A DNA stretch of 64,000 nucleotides from Neoechinorhynchus agilis (GCA_051530055.1 CM121342.1:1460797-1524796), one strand, 5' to 3'; shown: positions 24,059 through 36,717, numbered from the stretch's first letter. Notes: generated from the letters alone by a model not told the origin. A program made the numbers and translations.

Positions 24059-24373
24059 GTGGCTCAGCCGGTAGTCTTTTGATAGATTTTTTTCCGTGCA
24101 CGGCCGAATGGACACACAGTCCACCGATTTCGGTCTGAGAAGCGCGGGTCTGCGCTCAATGCCCCAAGACCGGTGGACCGTGTGTCCATACGGCCGTGTA
24201 TGGAATAATAAAATATCTATAAAAAGTACAGGCTGAGCCACTCATAAGAATTCTTTAATCCGAAAGCTTATCCAGGCTTTGGGGCACTGAGCGCAGACCA
24301 GCGCTTCCCAGACCGAAATCGGTGGACTGTGTGTCCATACGGCCGTGTATGGAATAATAAAATATCTGTCAAA
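24059..24373. mobile_element. Palindromic MITE-like element with three arms; another arm copy at 19606-19720
   Basis: 24059-24128 is inverted to 24172-24241; 24075-24168 is inverted to 24277-24373; 24172-24219 is directly repeated at about 24321-24368. Confidence 0.8.
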
Positions 24374-24449
24374 TTGAGCTTTATTTGGAGCTAACAAACG
24401 AAAACGAAGAGTATTTCACCCAGGCTTTTTAATGACAACTTAATCCGCA

Positions 24450-25600
24450 CTAGGAATCAATACTGTAAATATTTAACGAGCCAATTTCTCTCTAAATAAA
24501 AAAAGAATGGACAAATTGAGAAGAATAAAAAATAATCATGAATTTGAAGGAAATTTATGGCTCGGAGGATGCTTCATTAGAATTTTTTCAAAATATTTAT
24601 TGCGTTCAGTGAAAATATTTAAAAAGTGCTTTTCTCGCGCAAGAAAATTTTTATTTACCAAGTCATTTGTAAATTAAAATAAGAGAATAGTAGAACAAAA
24701 TACAACGAGTATTCGGTGGATAAATTTGAGCAGAATGTAAATAAGAGAAAAAATTATAAAGGAACTTAACGTTCATTGAAGCTAAGCGCTCCAGAAAGCA
24801 ATACTGTAAATATTTAAAGGGTCAATTTTCTCTAAAAAAAGAGTAAATTGAAAAATTGAGAAGAATAAAATTTTCCGACTCTAAAGTTCAAGTGATCCAG
24901 AAACCGATACCGCGAACATTACTTTAGAAACACATTAAAGGTGTATTTTATAAAAAAGAAGAATAATACTAAAGGCAATGCCGGATGCATCCTCGAGGCT
25001 ATAAAGAATAAAGATGTTTCGTCGTTCATATCATAAATTTGAGCGCAAAAATAGTTAGTCGTAAAATAGAGCAAATCTTTTTTGCGGGCAATTTTCGCTC
25101 ACTAATGACAAACGAATATCGTGTAACTTTTTTTAAATCTAAGTTTGAGTTTTTCTAAAAAAATTGATACAATCGTCAAACTGAGAAGAACAAATTTTTT
25201 GACTGGAACTTTGTTTTCTTGCAAAAACGAAGAACAATTTTTTATAGAAATTTTTGCTCGATAAAGTCAAAGTGCTCCAGAAACAAACATTGCGAATATT
25301 ATTAAAAAATAATAATAGCAAATTAAAAAAGGAGAATGCTAAAATAACCGAGAATAATATGTTACGATACAAAAATAAAAATCAGTGTCCTTTAGTAACG
25401 ATTATCGTGAACATTTTTTAAATTTAAGAATGCAATTTTCTAAAAATTAGCTACAATCGTCAAAACGAGAAGATTATTTTTCGGGGCAATGGAAACCACG
25501 AATATATTGATTATTTTTTAAAATTTAAGAGTGCATTATTCAAAAAAATAGCTATAATCGTTAAAACGAGAGAGAATAAATTTTTGATTGACACTTTGTC
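24450..25600. repeat. Degenerate AT-rich repeat region
   Basis: caatactgtaaatattta...aaattgagaagaataaa occurs twice; ...acaatcgtcaaa(c/a)..gagaag-like motifs occur three times. Confidence 0.6.
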
Positions 25601-26317
25601 AGTTTGCAAATTATTTTAAGTTATATTTTTCAAAAAAAACGAAGAATGCTCAAAAGTACACAAATTCCTCCTTTTCGTCCAATTCTGCAACTGTCGTCAT
25701 GACTGTAATAAGAAACTATTCTGGTGGCCCCTTCATCGTATAAATATTTGTAAGAAAATAGGATAAAAATGAAAACAAATCTCGAAATGGGAATCATATT
25801 TTTTCAAGAACATGAATTTCGAAATTTTTGAAAAAATGCAATCAGCATTTCAACAGCGATTTCAGCTCAAGAAAAACACCGTTAGATAACCGACTCATTT
25901 TCGGATGATGTGAGATTGACGGTGCGCTTTTATTTCAACCTGTTCATAAATCGAGCCTCCATTCAAAATTCAGAAAAACAGAAAGAAATTCGCTACATCT
26001 CAAATGTAAGACAAAAGCCTAAATCACTCCGCTCATCTCTAACATAGATCGAAACAATCACTCGATCAAATTACGACGTACTTTAAAGCCGGCGACGAAA
26101 TCCGAAGAGAAAGAAGGTTTGAAGAAAACACGGAAGAAAGCCAAGAACCGAATATTTCATTTTTTCGAAATAAAATCGGTATCGAAGATTTGAGTGGCAA
26201 CAACCTGCAAAAAAGATTTCGAATGTGCGAATTGACGGATGAAAAAGAAAACTGATCCCATTCTTTTTAATGGCCTTATCCGATTTTTATTGGATAAGGC
26301 GAAACACGACAGATAAT

Positions 26318-26712
26318 TTATTTTTTATTTTTTTTAACGGTTAAAATTTATTCGACAATTAACACACTCACCACCTCCCGCCGAATTCCAGCTTTTGTCC
26401 TTCCTCGACCGTCGCCATCACGCTGGCAGCATTGCCCCGTTGTACTGCTGGCGAGATATTTTGTCGAAGGAATACGCCTGCTCTTGAGTCTCCGGTTGCC
26501 TCTCTCAATTTCTTCGAGAGATCCTGGAGCAGAGAGAGTGCCGAGCTGCCGAGCGCTCCATACGTCTCTACCCCAAAGGGGACAAAATAGTGAACCCTCG
26601 ATAACTGAATATATTTCCGTATTTTCCTCCTTTCCGCTGTACTGGCGGCATCACCGGCGATTTCGAGGGAGTAGGGGATGTTGCTGGCTGCGAGGGTGTC
26701 CACACACGTGGC
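26318..26712 (-). mobile_element. 5'-truncated CRE-clade retrotransposon with A-rich tail
   Basis: ATCVDTLAAS...AE.RK..KY..L...FVPFGVETYGALG...FLRQNIS.AVQRGNAASV; stop at 26368, then AATAAA and an A-rich tail. Confidence 0.9.
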
Positions 26713-26905
26713 GGGGTTTTGGGGTTTGGGGGTTGTGGTGGGGGTTGTTTGTGGTGGTTTTGTTGGGGTGTGGGTGTGTGGGGTGTTGGGTTTTTTGGGG
26801 GTGGTTGTGTTGGTGTGGTGGGGTGGTGTGTTGTGTGTTGGGGTGGGTGGTTGTGTTGTGTTTGGTGGGGTTTTTTTTTTGGGTGGTTGTGGGGGGTTGT
26901 GGTTT
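26713..26905 (+). other. 193-nt tract containing only G and T, aperiodic
   Basis: No A or C between 26713 and 26905. Confidence 0.95.
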
Positions 26906-27430
26906 AGTTTTTTTCCTAATTTGGGACTACAAGAAGAAGTTTTTTTATCTCGTTCGAACATTAGGACTCCAGACGAACTGCAAAAAAAATTTAGAATGTG
27001 AGAATTGACGGATATCGTACAAAATGAAAAAGAAAACGCATCCCATTCTTTTTTAATGGCCTTATCTGATTTTTCGCAAATGTTAAAACCCGACTGAGCT
27101 CACAATCTTCATTTTTACGCAAAAATGCGCATAAAATGTAAGTTTTTTCCTTATTTGGGACTACAAAAAGAGATTTTTTATCTCGTTCGAGAATTAGGAC
27201 TCCAGACGAACTGCAAAAAAAAGATTTAGAATGTGAGAATTGACGGATATCGTACAAAATGAAAAAGAAAACCGACCCCATTCTTTTTTAATGGCCTTAT
27301 CTGATTTTTCGCAAATGTTAAAACCCGACTGAGCTCGCAATCTTCATTTTTACGCAAAAATGCGCATAAAATGTAATTTTTTTCCTTATTTGGGACTACA
27401 AAAAGCGGTTTTTTTATCTCGTTCAAGAAG
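26906..27430. repeat. ~235-bp tandem repeat (about 2.2 units); a diverged partial unit at about 26200-26310
   Basis: ttgggactacaa recurs at 26921, 27155 and 27390. ctgcaaaaaa.gattt.gaatgtg.gaattgacggat...cccattctttttaatggccttatc also occurs at about 26205-26285. Confidence 0.9.
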
Positions 27431-27602
27431 TAGGAACCTAGACGAGTTGAAAAAGTTAGAAACGGTTTGACTTCATTAATGATGGCGTCATAAAAGACAT
27501 GGAAGAAGGTTAAAGTCAAAAACGGGGAACATGTTACAATTCCCGGCTTTTTTCCAAGTTCTGATAATCGTTAGAGACATTGGTTGAGAAACAATGGTTT
27601 AT

Positions 27603-28044
27603 TTAGAAGAAGTATCCGAGGATTTTTCCTCCAGTCTTTCTCTTCCTAGCCATTTCATGGTCCATTATTCCATATGACGTCGTTAATACAATGTATCTTA
27701 AAATTGAAGACGATGAAAAGTATCCAGAGTGTACGTCACACTTACCCAAATTGACGAGAAGGAAGTAGATTCTTCGTCCAATTTTCGATTTTGTCCAATT
27801 TGACGTCAAATCGTGGACTGATAACACCGCATTTGTTTAATCGACCATTCAAATTGACAACAATCTTGCAGCCGCGTTGATCATCAACAATCTCAAACTC
27901 GTCAATGTAACCGTGGGACATCATCACTTTTAGAAATCTCACGATTACTTTTGAACAGGGTCTCAACATAACCTGTTTTTTGTGACGTTTCTCAGCATTA
28001 TTGATACTTTTGAGAGCATCGGCCAAAACATTCATACGGACCAT
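27603..28044 (-). CDS. RPS15A: 40S ribosomal protein S15a (uS8), 130 aa, two exons
   Basis: Exons 28044-27746 and 27696-27603 with a 49-nt intron (GTAAGT...TTTAAG). Protein [20 protein letters not shown]...SRQFGYIVLTT..GIMDH..AR....GGKILGYFF. Confidence 0.97.
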
Positions 28045-28079
28045 TTCGTCACTTTCACGGGCTTCTCGTTTTGACACAG

Positions 28080-28860
28080 GGAATGAAAGCGTTGTTGAGA
28101 GTGTATTCTTCCGTATTATCGTTGAGGATGGATGCGGTTTTCCTTTGCGTCATTAACACTTGGGCTTTTTCGCGTCATCTGTGGTTATCTTTGATGATGT
28201 CATGAGTCGTATGCTTTTATTTAAAGACAATCTCAAGGTCTTGCAATGAGTTCACTTTAACATTCAGAGCACTTAGGAGAAATCACATTGCGTCCAAACG
28301 AATTTTTTCCATGTTTATCATTGATCGGATCCCAGTGAAGGATGTAATTACGCTCGTTTAGAAACGGCGCTCAAGTACGGACCATAGCCATCGCTTCCCG
28401 CACGACGTAGCCATTTGGATATATCGCACTTTCAATTCTCTCCGTGTGTAGATTGATCTTGAATTCTTAAAATTACTCATATAGAGAGAAAATCCATCGG
28501 GATGATAATTTTTGACTTATAGGCGTTGTTTCCTCTTTCGAAATATTTCAGAACAATAAAATGATTTTTAACCGGCTGATTATCTTCACCACACAAGTCA
28601 AAGTTTAATGTTACATTTTGTGAGCCGTTGTTGTGGTTAGATTTAATCATAATGAACACATCATTCACACATACCGATAAACAGCCATTTACATCACTGA
28701 CTTTCCGTGAAAGTGGACTCCCTAAGGCCGGAACTAATGGCGATCCCATGGCTACCCCATTTGTTTGATCATAGAGTGTCCCTTCGAATTCAAAAGTGGT
28801 CATCCTTGTGCACCATTGGATTAGAGAATACCAAGTTGCGAGGTTCAAACTTAATTTATT
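28080..28860 (-). mobile_element. Decayed Penelope-like element (RT and a probable GIY-YIG remnant)
   Basis: FEFEGTLYDQTNGVAMGSPL (RT), then NGY and a degenerate KCSEC...L...HHQR segment in the position of the GIY-YIG domain. Confidence 0.65.
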
Positions 28861-29394
28861 ACAATTCTTGGTAAGTTGGCCGAAAATTCAATCATTTTAA
28901 TCAGAGGGACATTACCGGCCTTAAACATTCTGTATTGGTCATTATTATTATTATTTCACGCCTCATACAAAATGTATTGGTCGATGTTTATTTTTATGAT
29001 ATCATTAGCAAGCCTATGTTCATTTTTTTATGTTCGAGGCGAAAGTTGCTAAAATTGATCAGCGATGATTAAAACACATATAGCAAGCTATAAATGGACG
29101 GTATCGAAAGATGGGCTCGTGAATCTTCGGAAGGAGATAGAGAAACACTCTTGGTGTAAAACTGTAGACTGATAAGAGACCAGTTCAACAAATTCCTGAG
29201 AAATTTTTTTAACTTAGTTTCTCTGCTTCTATTGGGATTTTTAGCCAGCCTTTCAAATTTGTTAGAATTTTGAGAGGGTTTAATGTCCAGTTGTAATTAG
29301 ATTCCATGCCCACAGCTACTAAAGCACGTAGCTGTGTGCCCAAGGAAAAAAACCGTGTAAGCTATAGAAATCAAGGTTCCGTAAAACTGCATAC

Positions 29395-29445
29395 GGATGA
29401 GCGGGACGAATGTGGCTCGCGGACCGTAGGTTGTGCATTGCATTA
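29395..29445. mobile_element. Possible hAT/Charlie-like terminal sequence
   Basis: gcgggacgaatgtggctcgcggaccgtaggttgtgca resembles the reverse complement of the ..ctacggcccgcgggccacatgcggcccgc termini of Charlie-type hAT elements. No partner end was found. Confidence 0.3.
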
Positions 29446-32355
29446 AGCTCTGCATTTTTTTAAAATTTGTTTGTCGGACACTTAAATACTCTGACTAGTC
29501 TCAAAGGAACAAAACTTTTTGATTTGGTAAAGTGCTTTTTATTTTAACTCTTTAGTCGAATTGAATATCTTGATTTGCTAATTTTTCGGCCCATACTGCG
29601 TCTTTTTAACTGCAGAGCATTCGCTGTCATTAAAAAATCAAATCGTAGGAATTTGATCATATGCTTTTATTAGAAGTGTGGTGATCATAATTCCAGGATA
29701 TAATTTATTTTATTGAATTGAAATATTTCGCGATTAAGCCTGACCTCATCAGCCACCTACCACATCTTAAACTGTGTCATCCCGAAGGATTTTCTCTTTA
29801 TGATTGATGTGATTTATCTTGCTGTATAAAAAAATTTATCACCGAAAATTCGATATTAAAGGACTAGATCGTGTCGTATTGATAAAAAAAATGAAATTCG
29901 ACATTAATTTCGTCAATTTTGTAGTTCAATTTAGTAATCAACGGATTTTAAAGTTCAATAGCATTTCAGTGCGATTGTTAGTTGCTCTTTAAAATGAGAT
30001 TAAATTTTATCTCTTTTCCTATGCAATTTTTGATTTCAATCTAATAAATGTGAAGTAGATGAAACAATTGAGCATTGCATTCGGGTGGGCCGCTTCGAAA
30101 TATACATTCTTCTTTAATAATCCCTCTTGGGTGATTCGGCTAAGCAAATACCTACCAATCCGGTCATACAAACCAAATCGTTGGCTTTATATCTTGTTGT
30201 TGCAGTCGAGATTTCACCTTATTCTTCCCAGATTATAAATGTATCAAACGGAAACAGTTAACAATTGAAGACCAAAATAGACAGTTAACAATCACAAAAA
30301 CGCAATAATTCCTACATTATATTGCATAATAGCGCAATTGAACATTGTATTGATTTGAAGAGGTTACATTGTTGTTTTGGTCCGTTGACTTCTTAAAACA
30401 CGAGATCTTAATCGACATTTTTAAATTATGCTCATTATTTAAATTTAAAAAATTCTACCGAATAGGTGAAAGTGAAAGAAGTATTGTTTGCTGCTCTGAA
30501 ACAATTTAATTGTCGTTGTAAGTTATTTAATATGAAAATTTGCTGTCTTGGATTATTATCTTCGGGGAAAAGGATACTTTCTTTTGAGTGTGTATAACTA
30601 TCAAAAGAAAGAGAAAAAATTAAAATTTGCATTTGCAATATCAATCCAACTTAATTTTACATATTTATTAGAGGATTTATTAGATACAAGTACACAATAT
30701 TTACAAATAATGATTAAACATTTAGCACGATTCAATTACAATTTTTGTTGAAAACTGTAAGTTATGAATTTTTTTGTTCAAATATTTTTTTGGTTTGATT
30801 TCAAACGCAACTTTTTAGTCGCGTCTTTCTACAAATGAAGGTGGACGGGCGCTGTTCAATGCCAAAACGTGCATAAAATACCCAGTGAATATTCCTTCAC
30901 TGGATTCTCTGATATTCATTAAAATATCACAGAAACGACCATCGATGAGTTCAAGCTAAAAGAAATTGGAATTTTCATCAAGATTTAAAAAACTGAGGTT
31001 TACCGTTATGACAGTTGGACGTACGCCTTCTATGCAAGGACGAATAATGTGCTTTCGAACGATAAGATGAGAATATCTTGTAACTCGAATTTCCTTACAA
31101 ATAATATTTTTAGACTTGTTGACGCATTCTTGGATTATTTCCGTATTTAAATATGTGTCCGATGGAGAATACATCTAACGAAAAAGTGCGATCGGTTTTT
31201 TAAGCAAAATTTGAAGGAGCAAGAAAATGAATACTTTTCTATACGTTTATCTGAACACTTTTTTCTCCAGAAGATATAAACCCTTTTTTGCATGAATGTA
31301 CTTTATTCGTATTGCCCTTTTTTTAGCTTGTAGCCAATGAGATTCGTTTCAAGGGTCGGTGATGGAGGCACGTGATTTCATTCGCAAATTTATGTTCGTC
31401 TTCACGACGTGGTCATTTTTTGTTTTTAAAAACTTTATATTTGAATTGAGCAAACACTTTATTCCTACAACTTTTAAATCTCATAAATTGGTTATTTTGA
31501 AGACTGAGAACTTTTATGGGAGCTTGAAATACTCAAGAAATTTGATTTATGCATTACTTTAATTGTTTTTGTATTTAAAAAGCAGGAAAACTACAATTAA
31601 TAAATAGTTTCACTTTTGAATCGATCAATTTCTCGTATTTTCATCTGTGAAACATTAGTCATCGCGGTAATGTGAGACTGTCTTAATCGAGAAATTAGCA
31701 TGTCAGCATTACAATAAATCACAATAAATGTTATGAACTGTAAAAACTTGAAACGATTATTATCTTAAAGATGACATAAATGACAGCCATCGATTTAATC
31801 TAAGGTTATATGCGATCTGAAGTGTTTACAAGGTAGAAATTAATACTTCAATGTCTCGAAAAAACTCCAATTCGGTTTAATTCACATTGTCATGATTTAT
31901 TTTCATTGCATATTCATAGCTTTTCTAAGCATTTTTTATTTGGAAAATAACAGTTTTAAAATTAAAGTGGGTGATCAGAATAGAGCACACAATTCTAAAA
32001 CAGTAAAATGGGACAATTTTGAACATCGTAATTTGTTAATATTGTGGCTGTAATTTCGAAACTACAAGGGCGACACTTCTGCAGATATTTAAGATTAAAA
32101 ATAAAGTCTAAAGTTAAAATTCTGTAGTAAATGCCATCAAATTATTGGAAGGTTCCTCGATATACACGACATTTAAGTAGTTGAAGTTTTTAACACCAAG
32201 ACGGATTTTATTTTTGGTTGTTTTCGTCTTTCTGTATTACGAGATGACTTTTGACATTTATTTTACGGTTTCACCACCGCAATTCGTTTTTAGGTTAGAC
32301 TTGAAAATCTTTACCAACTACTCTAGACTCTTACGGACTTTATATCACTTAGAAG

Positions 32356-32583
32356 ATGGATCTTACCTGGTTATATATTGTATTACCGATTGTGCTCTCC
32401 GTAGTATTGATGGGTCTGCTGGCCATCATTCTAATGTATATATTTCTCTGTTCTAAAATACGAGCTAATTTTAATTTAGGCGATATCAAGGCAGTTTATA
32501 CCGCCGTGGAATGCTTCCCGTGCCGTATTTTTTTGGAGGCATGTTTGGAGGCAACCAAAGGAACGTTACAGGGCCGTGATTAA
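32356..32583 (+). CDS. Small single-pass membrane protein, 75 aa
   Basis: ATG start, ~27-aa hydrophobic stretch near the N-terminus, Cys-containing tail; tail-to-tail with the PEBP-like gene. Confidence 0.45.
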   Translation: MDLTWLYIVLPIVLSVVLMGLLAIILMYIFLCSKIRANFNLGDIKAVYTAVECFPCRIFLEACLEATKGTLQGRD

Positions 32584-32700
32584 CGGATAATGTTCAAGCT
32601 TTTAATAAACTTACTTAGTCAAACTTCAGGATTGTGTGTGGAAAAGTATTTATTTTCAAAACCCTTGAGTATTCGTTACCTTAACAATGGGAACTTCAAA

Positions 32701-33312
32701 TCAATCGGCTGTTACATTGAACTCCAGTGTGTAGAGTGGGACAAAGTTGTAATACCATGTGAGTTTTTTATACCGGAAGCGGTTATATTTTGTGCAAAGT
32801 GCTTTGAATTTTAAATTCCATGGAATTGCTCCATCTCTTTGTTCAAAGACGAGAATCGCATACCTGCGAGTACCTTTCGTATGCGAAGGAGGCAAATAAT
32901 CGACGATGGTCGTCCTTCCCAAGTTTTCCATCCTTAAATCATCAATAAAAATATATGCTAATTGTGGTAATTGTTCATTGGCCCCTTTCGGACCAAGATA
33001 TAATATCATCATGCTTACTAAATAGTACTCTCGAGGAATCAGGCATTCAACTCTTGGCAGATTTTGAACTTGTTTCACCGGTACTGTATCGCCATTATGT
33101 ATTCTTTGTCCGGCAAAGTAAACTTCGGGTCTTCTCTCAACAGCAAGCAACTCATTGAGAGTTGTTAAGTCAGATTGCTCCTCTTTCACTGTATCTCTTC
33201 CGAATGTGTCAAACAACCATTGAAAACGTCCTTTTGGTGGTCTGGGAATTCCGATATCAGGACCAAGAGCGAAATGCTTAAGAGAACGTGCTGTTTCATA
33301 GACCGTTTTCAT
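32701..33312 (-). CDS. Divergent PEBP (phosphatidylethanolamine-binding/RKIP/OV-16-like) family protein, 203 aa
   Basis: NGDTVPVKQVQNLP.V, YYLVSMM, and DYLPPSHTKGTRRYAILVFEQ (PEBP Y..P.P..GT.HRY.F.LF.Q). The DPDxP and HW pocket motifs are not retained. Confidence 0.75.
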   Translation of the reverse strand: MKTVYETARSLKHFALGPDIGIPRPPKGRFQWLFDTFGRDTVKEEQSDLTTLNELLAVERRPEVYFAGQRIHNGDTVPVKQVQNLPRVECLIPREYYLVSMMILYLGPKGANEQLPQLAYIFIDDLRMENLGRTTIVDYLPPSHTKGTRRYAILVFEQRDGAIPWNLKFKALCTKYNRFRYKKLTWYYNFVPLYTLEFNVTAD

Positions 33313-33618
33313 CGTTAAAAAAATTATTTAAAGTTTCGGACCTTTATAAGGAAACAAGGATATGGTTGTCATGTTTTATTTCATCAAATGATTCCTCAAT
33401 GCTTTTTCCAAGGTGCACAACCAACCTGCGATTGTTGCAGTAGCCAACACGGTGACTAATATCTTTTAGTCAAAGGTGCCGGAAAATATTTAAACTTTAA
33501 ACATCGAATATTCACAATCATCCACTGGAAAATATTGGTCTCTGACATCGCACAATAAAAGGTTTTAGGTCTCAGAAAATTTATAAAAGGTTAAATGCAA
33601 AATGGGGTTTAAATTACT

Positions 33619-33912
33619 TTACCTTGCTAAGTCAAGTCTCGAATGGGCATTTGGTAAAAGAAATTTTTGTCTTGGAGGCGTTTTGATTGTTTGATAAACC
33701 ACAGATTGTACCATCAGTAGCAATCTTGTAGGTATGTCGCCATAAGTCCAATCCTCACAATCATTCTTCAAAATTATGTTTTGTTGGCCTAAATTGTTTA
33801 ATTCGAAGTCGAAATATCTAATGTTACCAATAACTATTAAGGAAGTTTTTTCTGCTTGAAATGCAAAACTAAACAACTGCAATGTAGCCATTGCGACTAC
33901 TTGTATTGACAT
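33619..33912 (-). CDS. First exon of a possible small secreted orphan
   Basis: ATG, signal-like MSIQVVAMATLQLFSFAFQA, and a donor-like AG|GTAAAG at the end of the frame. Confidence 0.3.
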   Translation of the reverse strand: MSIQVVAMATLQLFSFAFQAEKTSLIVIGNIRYFDFELNNLGQQNIILKNDCEDWTYGDIPTRLLLMVQSVVYQTIKTPPRQKFLLPNAHSRLDLAR

Positions 33913-34459
33913 TGGAAAGCAGTAAAAAGAGACGTCGAAAATTAAATGGACATTTGGGTAGAATTCTATGGATAAAGAAAAAAGAAATCTTTATTTTCGA
34001 GCTTTTCACATTTTACACATTCTTCATTAATTTACAAAGGCGCGCGGCGATGTGCAGTGAGTTAAAGTAACGACATTGATTTCGTAGATTCCTGAAGGAG
34101 GCGTAAGACGACGAAGGCTCAAAATAAAGATTTTCTTTATCATTACAGCAGCCCACCTAGATGTCAATTTTAAGACAAGACTTCAATTTAGACGTTTTAG
34201 TCGCAATAATGAATGTAATAATAACACGTTTATTTGTTAATTAACAACGAATAGGACCCGTTCGGTCGGAGGTGAATATCCGGTCTGGGCGACGAAAGGA
34301 ATTTGGATTTCAAGTGTTGTGTTCATGTGAAAAATTGAATAAAATGTGGTAAAAATTGTGGAGGCGTTTTGATCGATGGGGATTATGAATCGGAACCAAT
34401 ATGTTTATAAAGCTTAAGTCTACTTGTCCCGGAAAAATTCACCAAACTCAACAAGGATC

Positions 34460-35400
34460 CTACGAAACAAAGAGAGAGGAACTTCAGCTCTTTTCTCTTA
34501 AAACTGAAAAACGATGGGAAACTTGATGAGACTATTTACCCCGGGTTTTCTATAAACTTTGCCAAGAATCCACAAACCTGTGCTGACTCTGAGGTTACAC
34601 CTCATTCTGTCATAACGTAACAAGAGAGAGCAACCAATGGACCCGAAAATGTTGCGAGAAAAGTCTCTAGTACATAAAATATGGGCCTTTATTCGCTTCT
34701 GAATGGTTAAATTTATGATGAAATTGACGGATTGGCGATGGGGTCCCTTTTAGGACCCGCATTAGCCGATCTTTACATGTCTAATGTGGAGAATTAAGTG
34801 TATCGTAGAATTCCTGAACTAATAAAGTGGTGATGCGTCGATAAGGTTTTTGAGTGTTCAAATCTGATCCTGAACTATTAGCACTCACGCATCTATTCGA
34901 CGATAAAGACAAGGTAATGCAATGATCCATCTCCTACGAAGACAAATAACATGATAAATTTCCTCGACGTTGGAGTGAAGAAAATAGGTCGTCAAGTATG
35001 AACTTTCATTGACCGTAAACCTGGAATCTGTTAACAAAGCACATCTTGGAAAACTAACTCGCCTCAAGCCTTTAAAATATGCACAGTCTTTATTCCGGCC
35101 AGCTTTCAAAGTCTGCAATATTGATCAAGGGAGAAATCGTGAGATCGATAATATTAAGAACTTGTTAAAAAAGAGGCGCTACCCGGATTTGGCGATATGA
35201 CAAGCTGTTAAGAAAGAGAAGTATACGGACCCAACTGACCAATGGAAAAGACATCAGTGCCGTTTATCCGATTAGAGTTTAGGTTAATGATGTTTGCTCC
35301 AATCTTTTACGTCGGAGATTTCTAAATTCGAATATCTCAAAACGAAAACCTTTAAATTTAGTTCGACAAGACCGAGGTTCTCTTCAAAGAACAGGTAAAT
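34460..35400 (+). mobile_element. Decayed Penelope-like element RT fragment
   Basis: LPRIHKPVLTLR, YDEIDGLAMGSLLGPALADLYMSNVE and KRRYP, in shifting frames. Confidence 0.75.
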
Positions 35401-36717
35401 GGCCAACACGATGGAAGGGACAAACAAAAGTTTCCCTCCAACTACCAGTAGTTAGCTTAAGTGCACCCAGGGAGGATTTAGCCAACCGACTTGTTACATT
35501 AGGGAAGTGATTGAATCACTTAATACCCAGCAACCATACGGTTATGAGTTTGTAGGCATCCATCCGCATCTTCAGATACCTCCAAGAGTTGGGAATCATC
35601 AATGAGTTTCCTGTTCCCTTCAGTAGTATTTCGTACTATTGGTTGTGAGTCATCGGCGTTCGTGGATTTAAGTCCTTTGATTCTGAAACCGGGATTCGGG
35701 GCTCAAGTCCACTAGACAATCTCGACGCGATTACGGAATGTACAAACTTCGGTCATTTATGATTTGGGGCCAATTATTGACTTATTTTTTGATGTCCGTT
35801 TATCCGGTTGCATTTATTCTGTTTTTAATCGTGGCCTTTTTTCACGGCTGATAATTTTATTGCTTGGCCACACAGCCCATCGATACCATTTATTACAAAA
35901 AAATCGTAGTCTAGCTTGCAAATAACAATAAGTATTTTTGTGTTTCTATATTTGAGTAACGAGTACATTAAGTGGCAAAAATAACACATTTATGAGACAA
36001 GACGCTGTGACAGGTCCGTTTCCGAAAAACGATACTCATATCAACACAGCATTTTAGATCCAGAACAGAATATGATATCTGTTGAATAATACAATTCAAT
36101 TGTTTTTCCATTTTACGATTTTAAATTGAGAAAGTTCTAGGGGGGCGAAGGGGAAAACATTCGTCGAATAGGCGGTTTTTATCCTTGTTTTCACAAGAAA
36201 AATGCCCCATTTCAGCTATAGGATTTCTAACTAAATTATCGACTCCTAAAATATCTCCGATGAGCGCCAAAGCTAAATCCACGAGAATAAGGATTTTGAA
36301 AGACAAACGACAGATTTAAAGCCAATCTCATAAAATTGTAGCAAATCGGATTAATTTTGTCATTAAAGTCATATTTTAAGCCTTTATGTTAGTGCTTTCT
36401 GCTTCTTATTGGTTGCTTATTGCAAATAAAATTCAAAGACCCCCTCCCGAAGTGCACTTCGATATTGATACTAAATTATATTCTCATTCCTTTTTTAGAA
36501 AATTTATCGTTTCACAAGAAGCTTTAGATCTCTTAATACAAAATTTTTATTTATTCAATTAAGTTTAGATCAAACTGTGTGTCGCATTCTATGCTAACCT
36601 GGTAAGTGTGTTTCCCACCAGCAACTTAATAAAAACAGTTTAAAATCAATAAATCCCAATAAAATATTTATTAACAAATTATTCCCTACATTTGAGTCAT
36701 TCTTAAATATTCAAAAT

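Noticed and set aside
26368-27001. Long T/P/H/K-rich and G/V/W-rich ORFs in the track
   Set aside because: They are translations of the G/T tract in several frames; only the CRE portion is meaningful.
27742-28077. N-terminally extended and C-terminally truncated RPS15A as shown in the track
   Set aside because: The extension starts at a GTG. The true ATG is 28044, and a 49-nt intron restores the canonical 130-aa protein.
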